NCBI GenBank assembly: GCA_030141605.1
Contig: JAQGDQ010000078.1
Coordinates: 434,001 to 498,000, forward strand
DNA: 64,000 nucleotides
Reading direction: 5' to 3'
Source: Tubiluchus corallicola
Taxonomy: Eukaryota > Animalia > Priapulida
A program made the position numbers and the translations under genes. Of the stretch, positions 35,166 through 48,090 are shown one piece after another. Each line of letters starts with the position of its first letter. Position 1 is the first letter of the stretch. Below the pieces are notes generated by a model. It saw only the letters and a program-made list of their open reading frames with translations, was not told the origin of the DNA and did not search any database.

Positions 35166-38100
35166 GTAATATATATCAAAAGTTATATTCAAGTTGTTGT
35201 AATTAATTTATTTTGATGTTTTCATGATAAAAAACTATTACATTTTAGGCATCAATAACCAGATGTAGTCAGCCTCTGTCTGGATTTAGCGCACGTTGTT
35301 TGGAAGATGAGCAAATGCTTCATTGTGTTCTAAAAGCTAATCCCGATTCTAAATTCATGTACATAGTAGATACTAGGCCTAAGGTAACATGCCTGCGGGT
35401 ATTCTAAAAAGTATTCAAGTGTTCAAATAAGAGTTTGCGAAATTACTCTTGTCATACCAGCTATGACGACGCACTGAAGTTTCTGAATTTGGAAAAACTT
35501 TTTGAAAGACGTACTGACCTTGTTATAAAGTTTGCACTTAAAATGAAAAATTCGGAAAGACACTATCTTTTATTACATGTTCTTTCAAATTTACACTCAA
35601 TGCAATTAAGGAAAACTTGCTAAAAGATACATGTAAAACAAATTGTAAATTTTATTCACCTGTGCTCTATATAAATAGGCTTTTATATCCTATTCTATAT
35701 AGTTTCATATCCAGCAAGTGTTTATTATAACGTGTAACATGTAAATTTAATCAATTTCTTAAAATGACTGATGAGATTACTTTTAAATTTAATAATAGAT
35801 TTTTGTCTAATTTTATTGTTTTGTTTCAGATAAATGCTATGGCAAATAAAGCTACAGGTAAAGGCTATGAAAGTGAAATGTATTATTCTGATATCAAATT
35901 TACCTTTCTTGGCATAGAGAATATTCACGTCATGCGTAGTAGCTTACAGAAGCTTATAGAAGGTACTGTCATTTTATGCTGCATATTTGGTACTTGCACC
36001 TGTTAATTTTGAACTGCTTAGTGCACTATTTGCCTCACTGGTCAAACGTTAAGTAAGTAAGTAAGCAGTAAGTAAGCAATCTATTGTCATTATATTGTAA
36101 CATTATGAAATTTGTGTGGTTTTACGTACTATAACAAAAAGAAAATTAGCAGCAACGGAGAAGAAGCGATAGCAACAACAAAAGAAAGTTAACAACAACA
36201 AAAGAAAATTAACAACAACAGCAAAATTTTAGCTACACAAGATCAATAACAATAATGAAGGAAAATGACAAAAACGTTTAAAATACATATGACCAAGCAT
36301 TGCTTTTTTTGTATATAGATGACAGTTTATAAGATTGTAGGCTCAGATTCACTAATGTATTAAGGTTATATGATTAGACTCTATTAATTTAATTAAATGC
36401 ATTTATTTTTTAGTTTGTGAAATGAAGGATCCAACAATGTCGTTGTTCTATGAAAATCTTCAAAGTAGCGGCTGGTTAAAACACATAAAATCTATTTTGG
36501 ACACGTCTTTGTTTATAAGTAACGTGAGTTTTTACAATTGCTTTATCTCAGTTCCAACAAGTTATTACTGACAATAAAAGAGAATTCACGTAACAAAAAT
36601 AGTGACCGGTAATTAAGTCACAGGAAAAAGTCACAATTAATTTTGGCTAGGGTTAGGATTAATATTGGTGTTAGGGATATCGTTTTTTCTTTTTTCGTGT
36701 GTCTTTTTTACCTGTGACTTTTTTACCTGGCTTCACAAAAATTACGCGTTGATTAATTTTGTTGAATTATCATTCAAACTTGTTGTTTCTGTTTCTATAT
36801 TGCAAAGTCAGTAGCTACTAAGTTATTACTTAGCTGCTTTAAATCTAAATCATTAAATTGATCAATTTATTGTTTTACTCCCCTTGCCCTTGTGCTTTGT
36901 TAGGACTTATTTTTTATTAACAGAAATATTGTATAATAGGTAATTATTGGTTTCAAAGTGGCATGCACAAATTTGTTTATTGTATTAATTTAAAGAGTTA
37001 ATATTACATTTTTCTTTCACATGGTCATCCAGTTTCACTAATCTTTATAATAAGGGCAACTTGTAAAGGACCCCATGGTCGCAGCACATTGCTCTCTCGT
37101 TTGATTTTGTTATCATTAGTCCTTGCATGTTCTCTTGTAGTTATCGTGTTTATCCATGCACGCGAAATAAATGATCTACATCTATATCACTTACGAAGAT
37201 TTATATCTTACAGACAAAGTTAACACAATTAAATGTCTTTTCCATTTTTATTACAGGCGATAGCCACTGAGGGTGTAAGCATACTAGTTCACTGCTCTGA
37301 TGGTTGGGACCGGACTGCTCAAACCATAGCTTTAGCTAGCCTTCTTCTAGATCCTTTTTATAGAACTATTTTGGGTTTTATGGTATGATGCTGTTTAATA
37401 TGCACATTGGCTGTGTGTAATGTAGTACATTCTTTTGAATAAATTTTGTCATGCGTAAAATGGGTACTTTTCTGTGACAATTCTTTTAAATAGACGTCAC
37501 GATATTTACAATTTGTCTTTTAGATTTTAATAGAAAAAGAGTGGATATCTTTTGGGCACAAGTTTACTGATCGCTGTGGACATGTACAGGTAGATCCAAG
37601 AGAGACGTCACCTGTGTTTACTCAGTTTATTGATGCCACTTGGCAGGTATTTAATAATAATAAATTTGTTGAGGACTTATAGTCCAGGGATTATATCTAA
37701 AGTAATTCAATAGTTATTTCCGGGGTGGTCCCTATTATTATTGAACGTGTACTTAGTCAAAGAAACAGTGGTACCATTTTTTTAGCATTTGGTTTCACTC
37801 GGTCGGGAATTGAACCCAAGCCCTCCCAAGTGAGAAATGAGCACGCTACCATTGAGCTATTTTCCGAGCCTTTTTTTACATTTAAATAGCGGTTTATTAT
37901 TTAAATTTTTAAATTTTCTTTTACTACTCCTCGTTTCAAATTCTGTGATTTTATGATTGTTAAATGTCCATCCATGCTAGATGAATATTGTAACTTTTTG
38001 CACAATTCATTACAAAAAACTTACACGTATAGCTTTTCAGGGAGTATTGTACGACCTTTTGAACCTTTTGGTCTAAAAAGTTGTGCTTAATTGCAATTTT

Positions 38101-41100
38101 CAAATGCTTTTAGAAACGTTTTGTGTGACAGAATAAAAAGTTGTATTTCCCATGTAGCAATTCAGTTTTTTGACAGTGAGACCATCAAGATCGATGGTCA
38201 CTATAATTTTGTGATTGAATAAAAAAGTTCATTATTTAATTGATTTCGCTGGCAATATAGTACATCATTGTTTTAATTAGTGAAAGTGATTTCAAGAATG
38301 ATTTTGTTATTATCATTGTTGCTACTGCCCAAGAATTTTTTTTAAGTACTTCAGAGGTAGACCTAGTACTTACATTAGTTTATAATTTTATTGCCGCTAC
38401 ATAAACACTTGTTTTTTCGTTGATTTATTATTGATTGTTTTAAAATATTTTATTATTTAGGTAATGCAACAGTTTCCTACAGCATTCCAGTTCAATGAGC
38501 GTTTCTTGCTGACTTTACATGATCATGTGTTCTCTTGCCAGTTTGGTACTTTCATAGGAAATTGTGAGAAAGACAAACAAGATCTCAGGTAGATAGCTAA
38601 ACTATCTGGTATAACCATAAACCAATGCGTAAATGGCTAAGATATGGGTTTATTCCAATTTAAAAGCAAAGCAATTATATATATATATATGCACTATCTT
38701 TATTTGCATATTGTCACATATATGCACTCACATATGAGATGATAAAGTGGAGCATTTAAAAGAACACCAAATCAAAGTGTTCTCTATCTTATTTATTCCT
38801 ATATGTTGATTAGTCATTTTACCTTATTCCACTATCTGATTTTTTTAAGTTTAATTAAAATCATTTTAATCTATTAAATATAATGTATAAGAACAAATGC
38901 AACAAAGATTAATCATAGATAACTTTACTGACTTTGTGTCGAATCTAAAACCATTAATTATAATTTGATTTGCTAAGTTTTTGGTTTACTTGATGCAGGT
39001 TATCAGAGACTACATATTCTCTATGGGGATTTATGCTGCAGAATCAATCAGAATATGCTAATCCTTTGTACAACAAGGAGAAATACGACACAGTTTTACA
39101 GCCTAGTAGCAGTCCACAGAATATTCAGTAAGTGCATTAACCTACTAACTACTTTGAGATACTATAACACTTTCCACAACTTTGTAATGCTCTTTTTGTA
39201 TTTCATTTTAGTGCCATGCACCAATTAAGAAAGGGCTATTTTTTGTACTTAGTAGGACGAGATTGTTTCCTAGTTCTAAATGTTGTAAGAAATACTTTGC
39301 AAACGCTGAAGTCTTTCTTTGCATTTCTTAAAACATTTATATAATTTATAGAAGATGCCAGTGGCGGCTCGTAGCTAAAATTAGTGGCGATGCTGCTTCA
39401 GAAAATTTTTAGCCATTGTTTCAATACTATGTAAAACGAAACTAACATACATAATTTTAATGTTGTAATTTATAATTGTAATTTTAAACAAACAAACATA
39501 CGAAAATTTATACATAAACTTGATAAAATCCTAAACAAAAAATATTTTTCGCTTACGAATAGCCTAAATTGACACAATTCGAGAATATGGCAGTACGCGG
39601 TTTTTAAGCATGTGACAACTGACAGCACACACTGCATGAGCGACTGTGCTCTGTCTACCCAGCGTGCAGTATCTTATCTCAGACATGTGCACATGACAGC
39701 AACAGCCAAACACCACGTTGCTGGAGCTGCGAAGCGCACAGTTCCGTCACGTGCTCTGGTTCCGTACAAGGTTTGCAAGTACGTACAGGCATAAAGAAAG
39801 AATTGAAGAAAGAAAGACTCGTTATGTTGAATGATATCGATAATATCGACGGAAAATCGGGGCGCTGCAGTTCCACAGCTTATACACGAGCCGCCACTGA
39901 AAGATTCTTTGATTCTCATGAAAACTTGTTATGTTGTTAATCAAAAAATATAACTAGTATTCATTACAAGTTACTTGTCTACGAAAGTAATTTGTTGCTG
40001 ATAGCACATTTCTTTATGACAGTGCTCTGAGAAGTTTTTAATGAAAGAGGATTAGGCATTACTTCTTCGCCAGATGTCTTAGAAACCTCTAATAAGACAA
40101 CTGTCAATTTTTGTAATTCTTGTAATTTGTTATACATGCATTCTAACAATAGTTTTTTTATTTACCTTTGCAAGTTCAAAATTATTGGTAGCCTTTATTA
40201 CTAATTACTGACTAAATTTATACAATTCCAGGTTTTGGCGGGGTATGTACAACAGATTTGAAAGTGGAATACACCCACGAGAATCAACTGTCGATCTTTT
40301 GTGTGTGTTAAACGATCAAAACGTTTCCATGGAGGATCATATACGGTTGTTAGATAAGGTGTAGTGTGCATTCGTGTGCACCTTAATCTATATCTATGGT
40401 AGATCAAAACTTGATTTGAAAATATTGATTAACAATGGTAAATGCTTAGCTAAAATATAAAGATAAATAAGTGTGCATCAGTTAAATTTATTTTTATTGA
40501 TTATATAACTGTTTTCATTTATGTTGATTATGAGTAATATTTATGGTTATAAACAGTGTAGTTTTACTCAATTTCTATACTTTCTTTTTCACAGACTTTT
40601 ACTACTTTCACAGAAATCTAATTTAAGTATTTGTATGATAATACAATGTTTTCGGTTTCGAAGTTTTATGCAAGTACAATAACTAATTTACCATTGAACC
40701 AACAAAAATTAATATAAACTGCGGTAGTTGCAGCATAGCACTCAGAACATTTTTAGTCGTTTAGCATTTTAATGTTAATGCAGTGGTTTCTATTTGAAAA
40801 CATTATAGAGAATTACATCGCTGAAGTCAGCATTAGGACATGAGGACACCTCTTATAGGAATTCTCAGGAAAAGGGTGATTGCATTCCAGCTGCTGCTCA
40901 ATCAAGTCTAGATAGCGGATGTGATAATTGGACTACATCATCTACATTTAGTCCTCCACCTGCTTTACCAGATGTAGAAGCAAAATACAGCGTGAACTCG
41001 GAAGTGAAAAGCGGTGATAACGAATCCGGTGTAGAATCGTTAGAACTCTCACAGTGTATCATAACCGATGCTGAAACCTCTAACGAGCCTAGCATAGCTA

Positions 41101-42784
41101 ATAACGAGCAGTTTGTCGACATCATTGCATTCTCCCAAGAACAGCTGAATGAAGAATGCGAATCAGTTGCTGTCGAGTGGAAAAGTCTAAGGAACATAAC
41201 CAGCTGCCCTTGCTTAACAACATTTGAGAACTTCAGTAGGAAGGTAGACAATCATTTTGAGTTTTTCATTGAAATGTGTGCCTGCAAAATCATCAACCAT
41301 TATTCGACTTTTATAGTTATTCACATATCTTGAATGTCCATTTCATGAGAATCATTTTAATACCAAGCTTATTGCTCAATTTTATTGCTAAGCTGAGGTA
41401 TTCCACATTGAAGTTGAAGTGCAGTTTGCACCCTGAAAACATAACCTAGAGAAAATCGCTTTTAAAGTAAGCCATTGCTTTTTCTCTCATTTCTACATAA
41501 TACTTAGCAACTGTACAAATGTTGGTTGCTATGGACCTTGCAAGAACATATTGAAGTTACGTTTAAATCCATTAGATGCTCTTTCAGACGAAGATCTCGG
41601 CTTGGAAACAGAAAAAACCATACAAACGACTATTTCCATGAGCTGCTATTGGAATAACTGTTTGAACATACAAGTTTTTTTTTGCAATTGCAGTACTAGT
41701 ACCTAGCCAGAAAAGTGGGTACAGGATTGCAAAATTAAATTTTTGGTATCTTTTAACATTTTCTTGATGCTAGAATATTTTTGTTTTTAGTAAAAAAAAA
41801 CAAAAAATTGACATTTGACTAATTTTTTGGTGCCGTCTGCTTTGAAAATTCATAATTTTAACTATGCCAACTTAACGACAGTTTTTTTGCAAGCATGCAT
41901 ATTAAGAAAAACATTAGTCATGAATGGGCTTTTGATATTTGAATTCAATCGGTATTCGTGATATCTCTGATAAAAAATATGTTGTTATTACTGACAGCAT
42001 TTTTTGAGCATTAAAGCAGCAGAAGAAAATTTGCTACTTGACTACTAATTAGGTACAATCTTTCAGTAAAATAGTCAGACTAACACACCCACACACATTT
42101 AAAGCAATATTATAAACTTTGAAATAGTTAATAGGGTAGCAGAGGATGTCTGTGTTTAAAAACGTTATCTAATTCTATGTGCAATTTTGTTTAAAATTCA
42201 AAGGCGGTAATTTAGTAAATTTTAAAAATAATTAAAAAGTAGTAGCCTAGTTGAATTTAAAAGATTAAAGCAGAAAGTATTGATGATAATGATGGTTATT
42301 GTGACGACTATGATGAAAATAATGATGAAGTGTCCACTGTGCTTGATTAAATTGCTTTATTCATGATTTTAGTTTATTGAAAATTAATTAGTGTATGTTA
42401 ACTCCTCGGTTTTATAAACTGTAACATCACTTTTACAGTCTCTCTCTTGTTTAAGAGAATAAAACAGTTTTTTTGAGATTAGTATTTTTGGCTAGAAAAA
42501 ATACTTTAGTCATATAAGTTATCATTATTCATGTGATATTTCCATTTCTTCTAGTATCTCTTCTCACCTTGTCACTGTATAATCCTTTATATTTTATTGT
42601 GTCGCACGAATATTTGGTGTTTTTAATTTGAATGCATTATTTGATATTGCAGTACCATTGTTGGAGGTGCGGTGATGTTTTTTGCACACGCTGTATAGAC
42701 AAGTACACATCTCTACCTGGACACTATTCACAACAGCCGGTTCCAGTGTGCCGAACGTGCCATAAAAATCTGCATCTTAGTTAA
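29221..42784 (+). CDS. MTMR6: Myotubularin-related PI3P/PI(3,5)P2 phosphatase, MTMR6/7/8 subfamily, with C-terminal FYVE finger (~722 aa)
   Basis: 15 exons: 29221-29244, 31551-31667, 31901-31987, 33263-33496, 34292-34420, 35249-35383, 35830-35962, 36414-36523, 37257-37382, 37524-37646, 38461-38588, 38999-39127, 40232-40358, 40809-41243, 42653-42784 (2169 nt, in frame). MDFIKTAK start, [19 protein letters not shown], catalytic [19 protein letters not shown] and [21 protein letters not shown]. Confidence 0.93.
29810..30200 (+). mobile_element. Interspersed repeat family C; further copies at ~41540-41900 and ~55860-56060
   Basis: Shared CAATTGCAGTACTAGT..CTAGCCAG.AAAGTGG and AAAAAATTGAC..GAC..CTTTGAA blocks. 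Confidence 0.55.
32070..33169. mobile_element. Kolobok-like MITE family B hosting a nested pogo-like MITE
   Basis: TTAAAGGAAAACAGGG ... CCCAGTTTTCCTTTAG termini; colinear with 57860-58472 once 32175-32629 is removed. Confidence 0.7.
32175..32629. mobile_element. Tc1/mariner-pogo-type MITE, perfect 29-bp TIR, TA target duplication
   Basis: TA|CCGTATTTTCCCGTGTATAAGAGACCCTT ... AAGGGTCTCTTATACACGGGAAAATACGG|TA, with subterminal GGGTCTCTTATACA repeats. Confidence 0.9.
35122..35170 (+). repeat. (AAT)n microsatellite
   Basis: Seen directly. Confidence 0.85.
35400..35700 (+). mobile_element. LINE (CR1/L2 group) 3' fragment
   Basis: [26 protein letters not shown] resembles the LINE pattern Y..AL..L.L..L..RR..L...F. 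Confidence 0.6.
36600..36737. mobile_element. Small foldback MITE with AAGTCACA subterminal repeats and TTAGGG-like core
   Basis: AAGTCACAGG and AAAAGTCACA on the left, CCTGTGACTTTT on the right, GCTAGGGTTAGG inside. Confidence 0.5.
37690..37865 (-). mobile_element. tRNA-derived SINE
   Basis: Minus strand: A box TAGCTCAATGG and B box GGTTCAATTCC, followed by a non-tRNA body. Confidence 0.65.
39359..39899. mobile_element. hAT-type MITE
   Basis: 14-bp perfect TIR CAGTGGCGGCTCGT; degenerate 8-bp TSD GAAGATGC/AAAGATTC. Confidence 0.8.
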
Positions 42785-43741
42785 CAGTTACGTTACAAAG
42801 CTTTTGAAGGAGCATTTATGTCAGATTTAATGTTTTATTAAGACCATTAATTTTCTCTTCAACTCAGTTGCCAATCAAATAACTCATTAATTGATGAATT
42901 CATGTGTTTTTGAGTCTAACACCTGGTCTTCTCAAATTTCTTAAAGCAACAGGTTATTGCATCACTGAATAGTTGCTGTTAACAGTGCTTAGAAGTTACT
43001 GAACAATTATCTATGTCAAAAAGTTGACAGTGAAAAAATATTAATAGCATTCACCTTTTACAACTGCTTAAAATTAATTTAATTTTGGATCAACATCACA
43101 ATCTTTAAGTATTCCAAACACAGCCATAAACTAGAAATTTAGGGTCTTTAATTGTTTACGTTTGGAGATGTGTAGTATGGTCAAGTTGGATTAAGTTGGA
43201 TTTGTTCAGAGTAACTAACCAACTAAAAATTTAATATCGGACAGCTTCATTATACATTTGTTCATGAAAAATTTAGAGTACTATATAATTTATTTGCTAT
43301 TTATAAATGTAATATCTCTAGTTATCGTACATGTGCCAGATATTGTTGTAATAGGGTACCACAAGTAACGAGGCTTAACTTGTGTTAGCTACTCATATTT
43401 CTATTGTTGGTTAAATATAAATATTGTGCAGCCAGTAGTGATGTGCCATTAAGTTAAATTCAAAGACTGTAAAAAAAACTTCAGGTATCATTTTTGACCC
43501 ATCCACAGAGTAGAACTTAACACTTCCAACACAGAAAGTCTGCATTCAGCTGGTTGATAATTCTTGTTGTGTCATGACAAGTAAATACCGTGGAGAAAAT
43601 TGTGAGCCTAAATTCTTATTATTTAATGTATATTTTACTGCTGCTGTTTTTTTTTTGTAAATCATTGTTACTGTAGAGCCTCAGTTGGCCAAATTAATAT
43701 GTAGTAGATCATGTTTAGATAGTTTAACTGTCCTATTGCTG

Positions 43742-44245
43742 CAGTGGTGCCCAACCTTTTGTTGACGGCGACCCCTTTTCAAAACCCTGCATCATATCAC
43801 GACCCCACGAAGAACATAATCACTTGTTATGCTATTACACATCATTATCGATCGCATTTATTAAATTTAACTTACTATTCAACAAATTATTGAACAACGA
43901 GTGATTGTTTCATTAATTCATTCATGTGATGGTTGCACCTGTTTCTCAGCGACCAGTAATGCAATGCACTAGGTTTCTAAAGAGGTCTGACGTAAATGAA
44001 TAGCGACACGCTTTTGGGCTGTGTACACTGTACACAAGTGTACAGCATGGAACAATGCGCATTTTCATTTTCTCGGAAAATCAAGTACTGGTATACTGCA
44101 TTTAGAGCGGGAAAACCCTGTTTCACTTTCCAGAACAAAATGATGTAATAAGAGACTGAGGAAACAAGACCTACTTACATACTTTTCATGAAAACAGCAT
44201 TTTTTAAAAATAGTTTTGGACTAGCCCGCAACCACGCGAAAAGTG
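43742..44245 (+). mobile_element. Truncated hAT/Charlie-like element (left end only)
   Basis: CAGTGGTGCCCAACCTTTT..GCGACCCC start; no matching right TIR found. Confidence 0.5.
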
Positions 44246-45807
44246 CTTAATTTTTTTATTTGAACTTCACAGCACCTCACATTGTTTCCTTCGAGGTCTC
44301 TAAAGTAGATGTTGCGTAAAACTGAAAGTATAAATAAATTTTAACTTTATAATCATGTACTGGAATTGCTGATTACTTAGATAGAAACTCTACTGTTTGC
44401 ATTTTGTTTCTTTATGCAGTTTACCTCAACAATTACTGACTGTAGCTTGTTCAAAGACTAATGCATGTGGGTTGTAAAGGTAAATATTGACTAATTCAAT
44501 TTGATTAAAATTTGCTCAGAAAATTTTGTTATTGTATAAATAATTAGGAAATCTTATGTTGTTAAGCTTGTAAATTTTATACTTTATTTAAATCTGTAAG
44601 TTATTTTGCAAGTTTTTTCTCAAGTTGTGATTTTTTTTGCTGAAAAAGTAAATTATTGTTTAATAATAAAATACTGTACTATGAAAAACATTTTTGCATT
44701 ATGATTTTATCTTTGAAAAATTCAATATTACTAGACATTTTAAAAGGTTACTTAGCCTATATTATTTGTATATATTGTAGTTGATTCTCAGGCAAAATTT
44801 GTATAAGTTTTGTTGTAAGTAAAGTATCAACAAAAGTAGTCTCGATTGGAGCCAGCACAAGCACAGTGTTGCTTAAAATGGCCAACGTGTCGTCGTATGT
44901 TAATACAAATGGGCGCCTGAAAATTAAAACAAGGGATAATGAAAATTAAACGTGCATATGCACAATACGTACAAATATACTTTGGTAAAACATACTACAA
45001 TTGATAACTTTATTATAAGTTTGCGTAAATATCTAAGTGTTTATATCAAGACAGACAAAAAGTTAAAAAAGCATGTTCCCACTGTTTTCAACCTTGTATG
45101 AAGGGCTTTTTACAAAATAATGACCATCGTTTTTACAAGAATGCTTTCTCAAATCTTAGTAATTAGCAGTTCCATTCCTTTATTTCCGCTTGTTTTAACT
45201 CTTTCAGCTCTGTACACTTTCGCTTTATTAAATAAATTTAATCGCATAAACTTGGTTGTGTCTTTTCAACCACGTCATAGCTTTCTGCTTGCTAATTAAC
45301 TGCAGAATAGGTTTAGGAAACTGAAATTGACACCAGCTAAGTTGAAATGTTTTGTGCAAGCAAGTAAAGAAATTATTCGCCTCTAATTTTTTACAGGATA
45401 AAGATAAACAAAAACAATAAATAATGAAAAAACAAAAATTGTGCTTTTAATTTTTTTCTGTATTTCGTTGCATTGTAATTATATATTAACAATAAGTTGC
45501 GCAATAATAAACGTTGGGCCCCCAACAGTGTCGGAACCACAAAAACAGTGGTTTTAACTATAATATGCAATCATTATGTAGTTTAACTGTACACTGGAAA
45601 AGTACTCTGGGAGTCTGACACTTGCACTCATTATGAATTTATCAGCATTGACATACTGAGAAACTGGCTTACAATGCCCTCATCCGTTCTAATAATTGAT
45701 TTGTACCGCATAACAAAGTTTCTGTCATTTGTGATATTGTAGACCAAGGCTTAGTTAATTATACGTAACTTGAAAGTAGAAGCACTGTGAACAGAATATT
45801 ATTAAAT

Positions 45808-47584
45808 ATGGTTTTAGTAGGGAATAACAAATTAGTGAAATGTCTAATGATTATATTTTGTGTATCACGACTGGCCATAACATTATCATTTGCAGGTATG
45901 CGTAATTAATTATAATTATAATGCGTAATTAATTATAACAGGAACTGATTTAACATATGGGTTGAAACAATGATTATTTTTTCATACAAACCAAGTGGTG
46001 TGACTTATTCAAATTTATTATTATTAGAAATTGATCCCAACTGTCTAGAGGACCCCGCTCTTGGAGAAAGAAACGGAAACATCATTTTCTGCGAAGAGGA
46101 ACCAAACACAGAATGCTGCAATGTAGAGGGAAAGAAAGGCTGTTGCGATCCAAACGATAATAAGTAACAACCTTAATTATGATTAAATCACACTTTCTAA
46201 TTCAGATGAACAGGGCCGTGTTAAGGCTAAGCCACACCGGGCAGTTGGCCGGGGGACCCCACAAGCGGGAGAACCACACTGAACTATGTATGTTGTGATT
46301 TTCTATCAATAAATAACTGCTATACTATACTATGGAAAATGACATTCTGAAGACCACCGAATTCAAGCAAATTATAAAGCAATTCCATGCAAAGAAATTT
46401 TGCAAATGTTTATGTTGAACACTGGATTAATAATAAACAATTCATAGCAATTTTATACTGTGTCATCTCCGTCTGCATGGTTTACCAATTGAGTGTCACT
46501 GAGTTTTTCAAGGTCATGTTATATTGTTCAAACGTTTGTGTTGATTAATCTTTGCTGTACAGCATGTGTTCTGAAGTTTAAACACTGATTTTGATGTAAG
46601 TACCAATACAATAAATATATGTTTAATTTTATCGACCATCTACAATTTGAGTGGGTGTGTAGGTAGGGGCCCCAGTGCTCTGCCTATAATGCTGTCAAGA
46701 CAACCCTGCAGGTGAATGTTGGTTCAAACCATGTTGCTGGTTGCTTTAATCTTCTAAAAGATAATGCGAGATTTGAATTATCAGGCGATTAATTTTACAA
46801 AGTTTTCAATTCAATTCAATAGATTTATTTCGCAATAAACATATACAAGTTAAAAAAACAAATCTACGTCTTATTATCATTAGTAGTCCAAACGTGTTTT
46901 TTGCGGTTAATTAGTGTTCACTCATGTAAGAAGTGGCAAAAGCATAAGTAATATAATGCACAGTGAAATAGAGCTTGCTTGTAAAACTAATGCAATGATA
47001 ATCAATCAACAGGGAGGAAACCATGATGCAATTCGGAGTGATATGTGGCGTAACAACAGTTGCTCTGTGTGCATTCTGCTTCGTTTACATGTGGTGTAAT
47101 GCCGAATCTTATCCATTCCTTGCTCGATGGAAGGAAAAGCTCCGGATGGCATGCAGGTAAGATCCGCAGATTCTCAATTGTAACAATGCATTGTGAACAC
47201 ATTAATAACACAGACTAATTTAATGCACTTTCATCAAAAGTAAAGATGCTTATGACAAGCTTTGAAATAGCTGCACTACCAGAGCATGATGAGTTTTTTG
47301 CTCCTGTTGCATTAATAAAACAATGTAGCAAGAGAAATTAATATTTACATACTTTCAGATGTTGTTCGAATGAAATGAATCAGAACAAAGTTCACAAATA
47401 TGAAACTCCGAAGGAAATCAAAGCGTTGCCTCAAGAACATTTAATGGGCGAATCCGACTGGCAATACACGAGCAGCTATCCAAGCAGTACAAGCCAAATA
47501 AAAGTACTGCCCCAAGAATATTTAATGGATGAAGAAGACTCGCAGTTTATGGGCAGCTATCCTAGTACAAGCCAACATATCTGA
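45808..47584 (+). CDS. Shisa-like (STMC6; WBP1/VOPP1/TMEM92 type) six-Cys single-pass membrane protein, ~197 aa
   Basis: Exons 45808-45895, 46028-46163, 47013-47156 and 47359-47584 (594 nt, in frame). Signal peptide, C-x15-C-x7-CC-x7-CC ectodomain, TM FGVICGVTTVALCAFCFVYMWC, cytosolic Cys cluster (ACRCC) and a Tyr/Ser/Pro-containing tail. Confidence 0.75.
46211..46708. mobile_element. hAT-type MITE in intron 2 of the Shisa-like gene
   Basis: CAGGGCCGTGTT...AAGACAACCCTG imperfect TIR; 8-bp TSD CAGATGAA/CAGGTGAA (7/8). Confidence 0.75.
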
Positions 47585-48090
47585 ACCACCATCCGATTTT
47601 GGAGCAACAAGCTCAGTACGAGCCAAGACATACAAAGTACAGTCAGATTGTGAACATTCAATAGCAAATGCAAACTCCTTAACATTACTATCATTAATTT
47701 ATTTATGAAAAAGCTATTTAATTGAGTATGGTTATATGTACAGAGCTAAACAAACTTATAAACTTTGTATATGTTACAAACTTATAAAACTTTCCAATTA
47801 AAATCGAAACAAATCATTGAAGCTACGCAAGAATTGCAAACTTATACAACACTAAACAAATAAGTAAAAACCCGTCTATTTCAAAAACGAAAAAATGAAT
47901 GAACCCGATTATGCAAAATATTTTTATTCAACCAAATCACTTATACTCTTGTTAGCAGTTAGCACCAGTGCACAGCTTTAACTACCTTCTTCATATCCAT
48001 TGACTTCAGCATAATTAAAATACCGAATCCATGAGCAATGCAGATCCAAAGTTTTTATACAGCTTTCAGTTCTACATAAACAAGAAACTA

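Noticed and set aside
36645-36680. TTAGGG-like motif as telomere or telomerase RNA template
   Set aside because: Only 1-2 imperfect units inside a small foldback element.
45424-45475. Alternative signal-peptide exon for the Shisa-like gene
   Set aside because: Needs a frameshift and would create TAA on splicing to 46028; 45808-45895 fits without changes.
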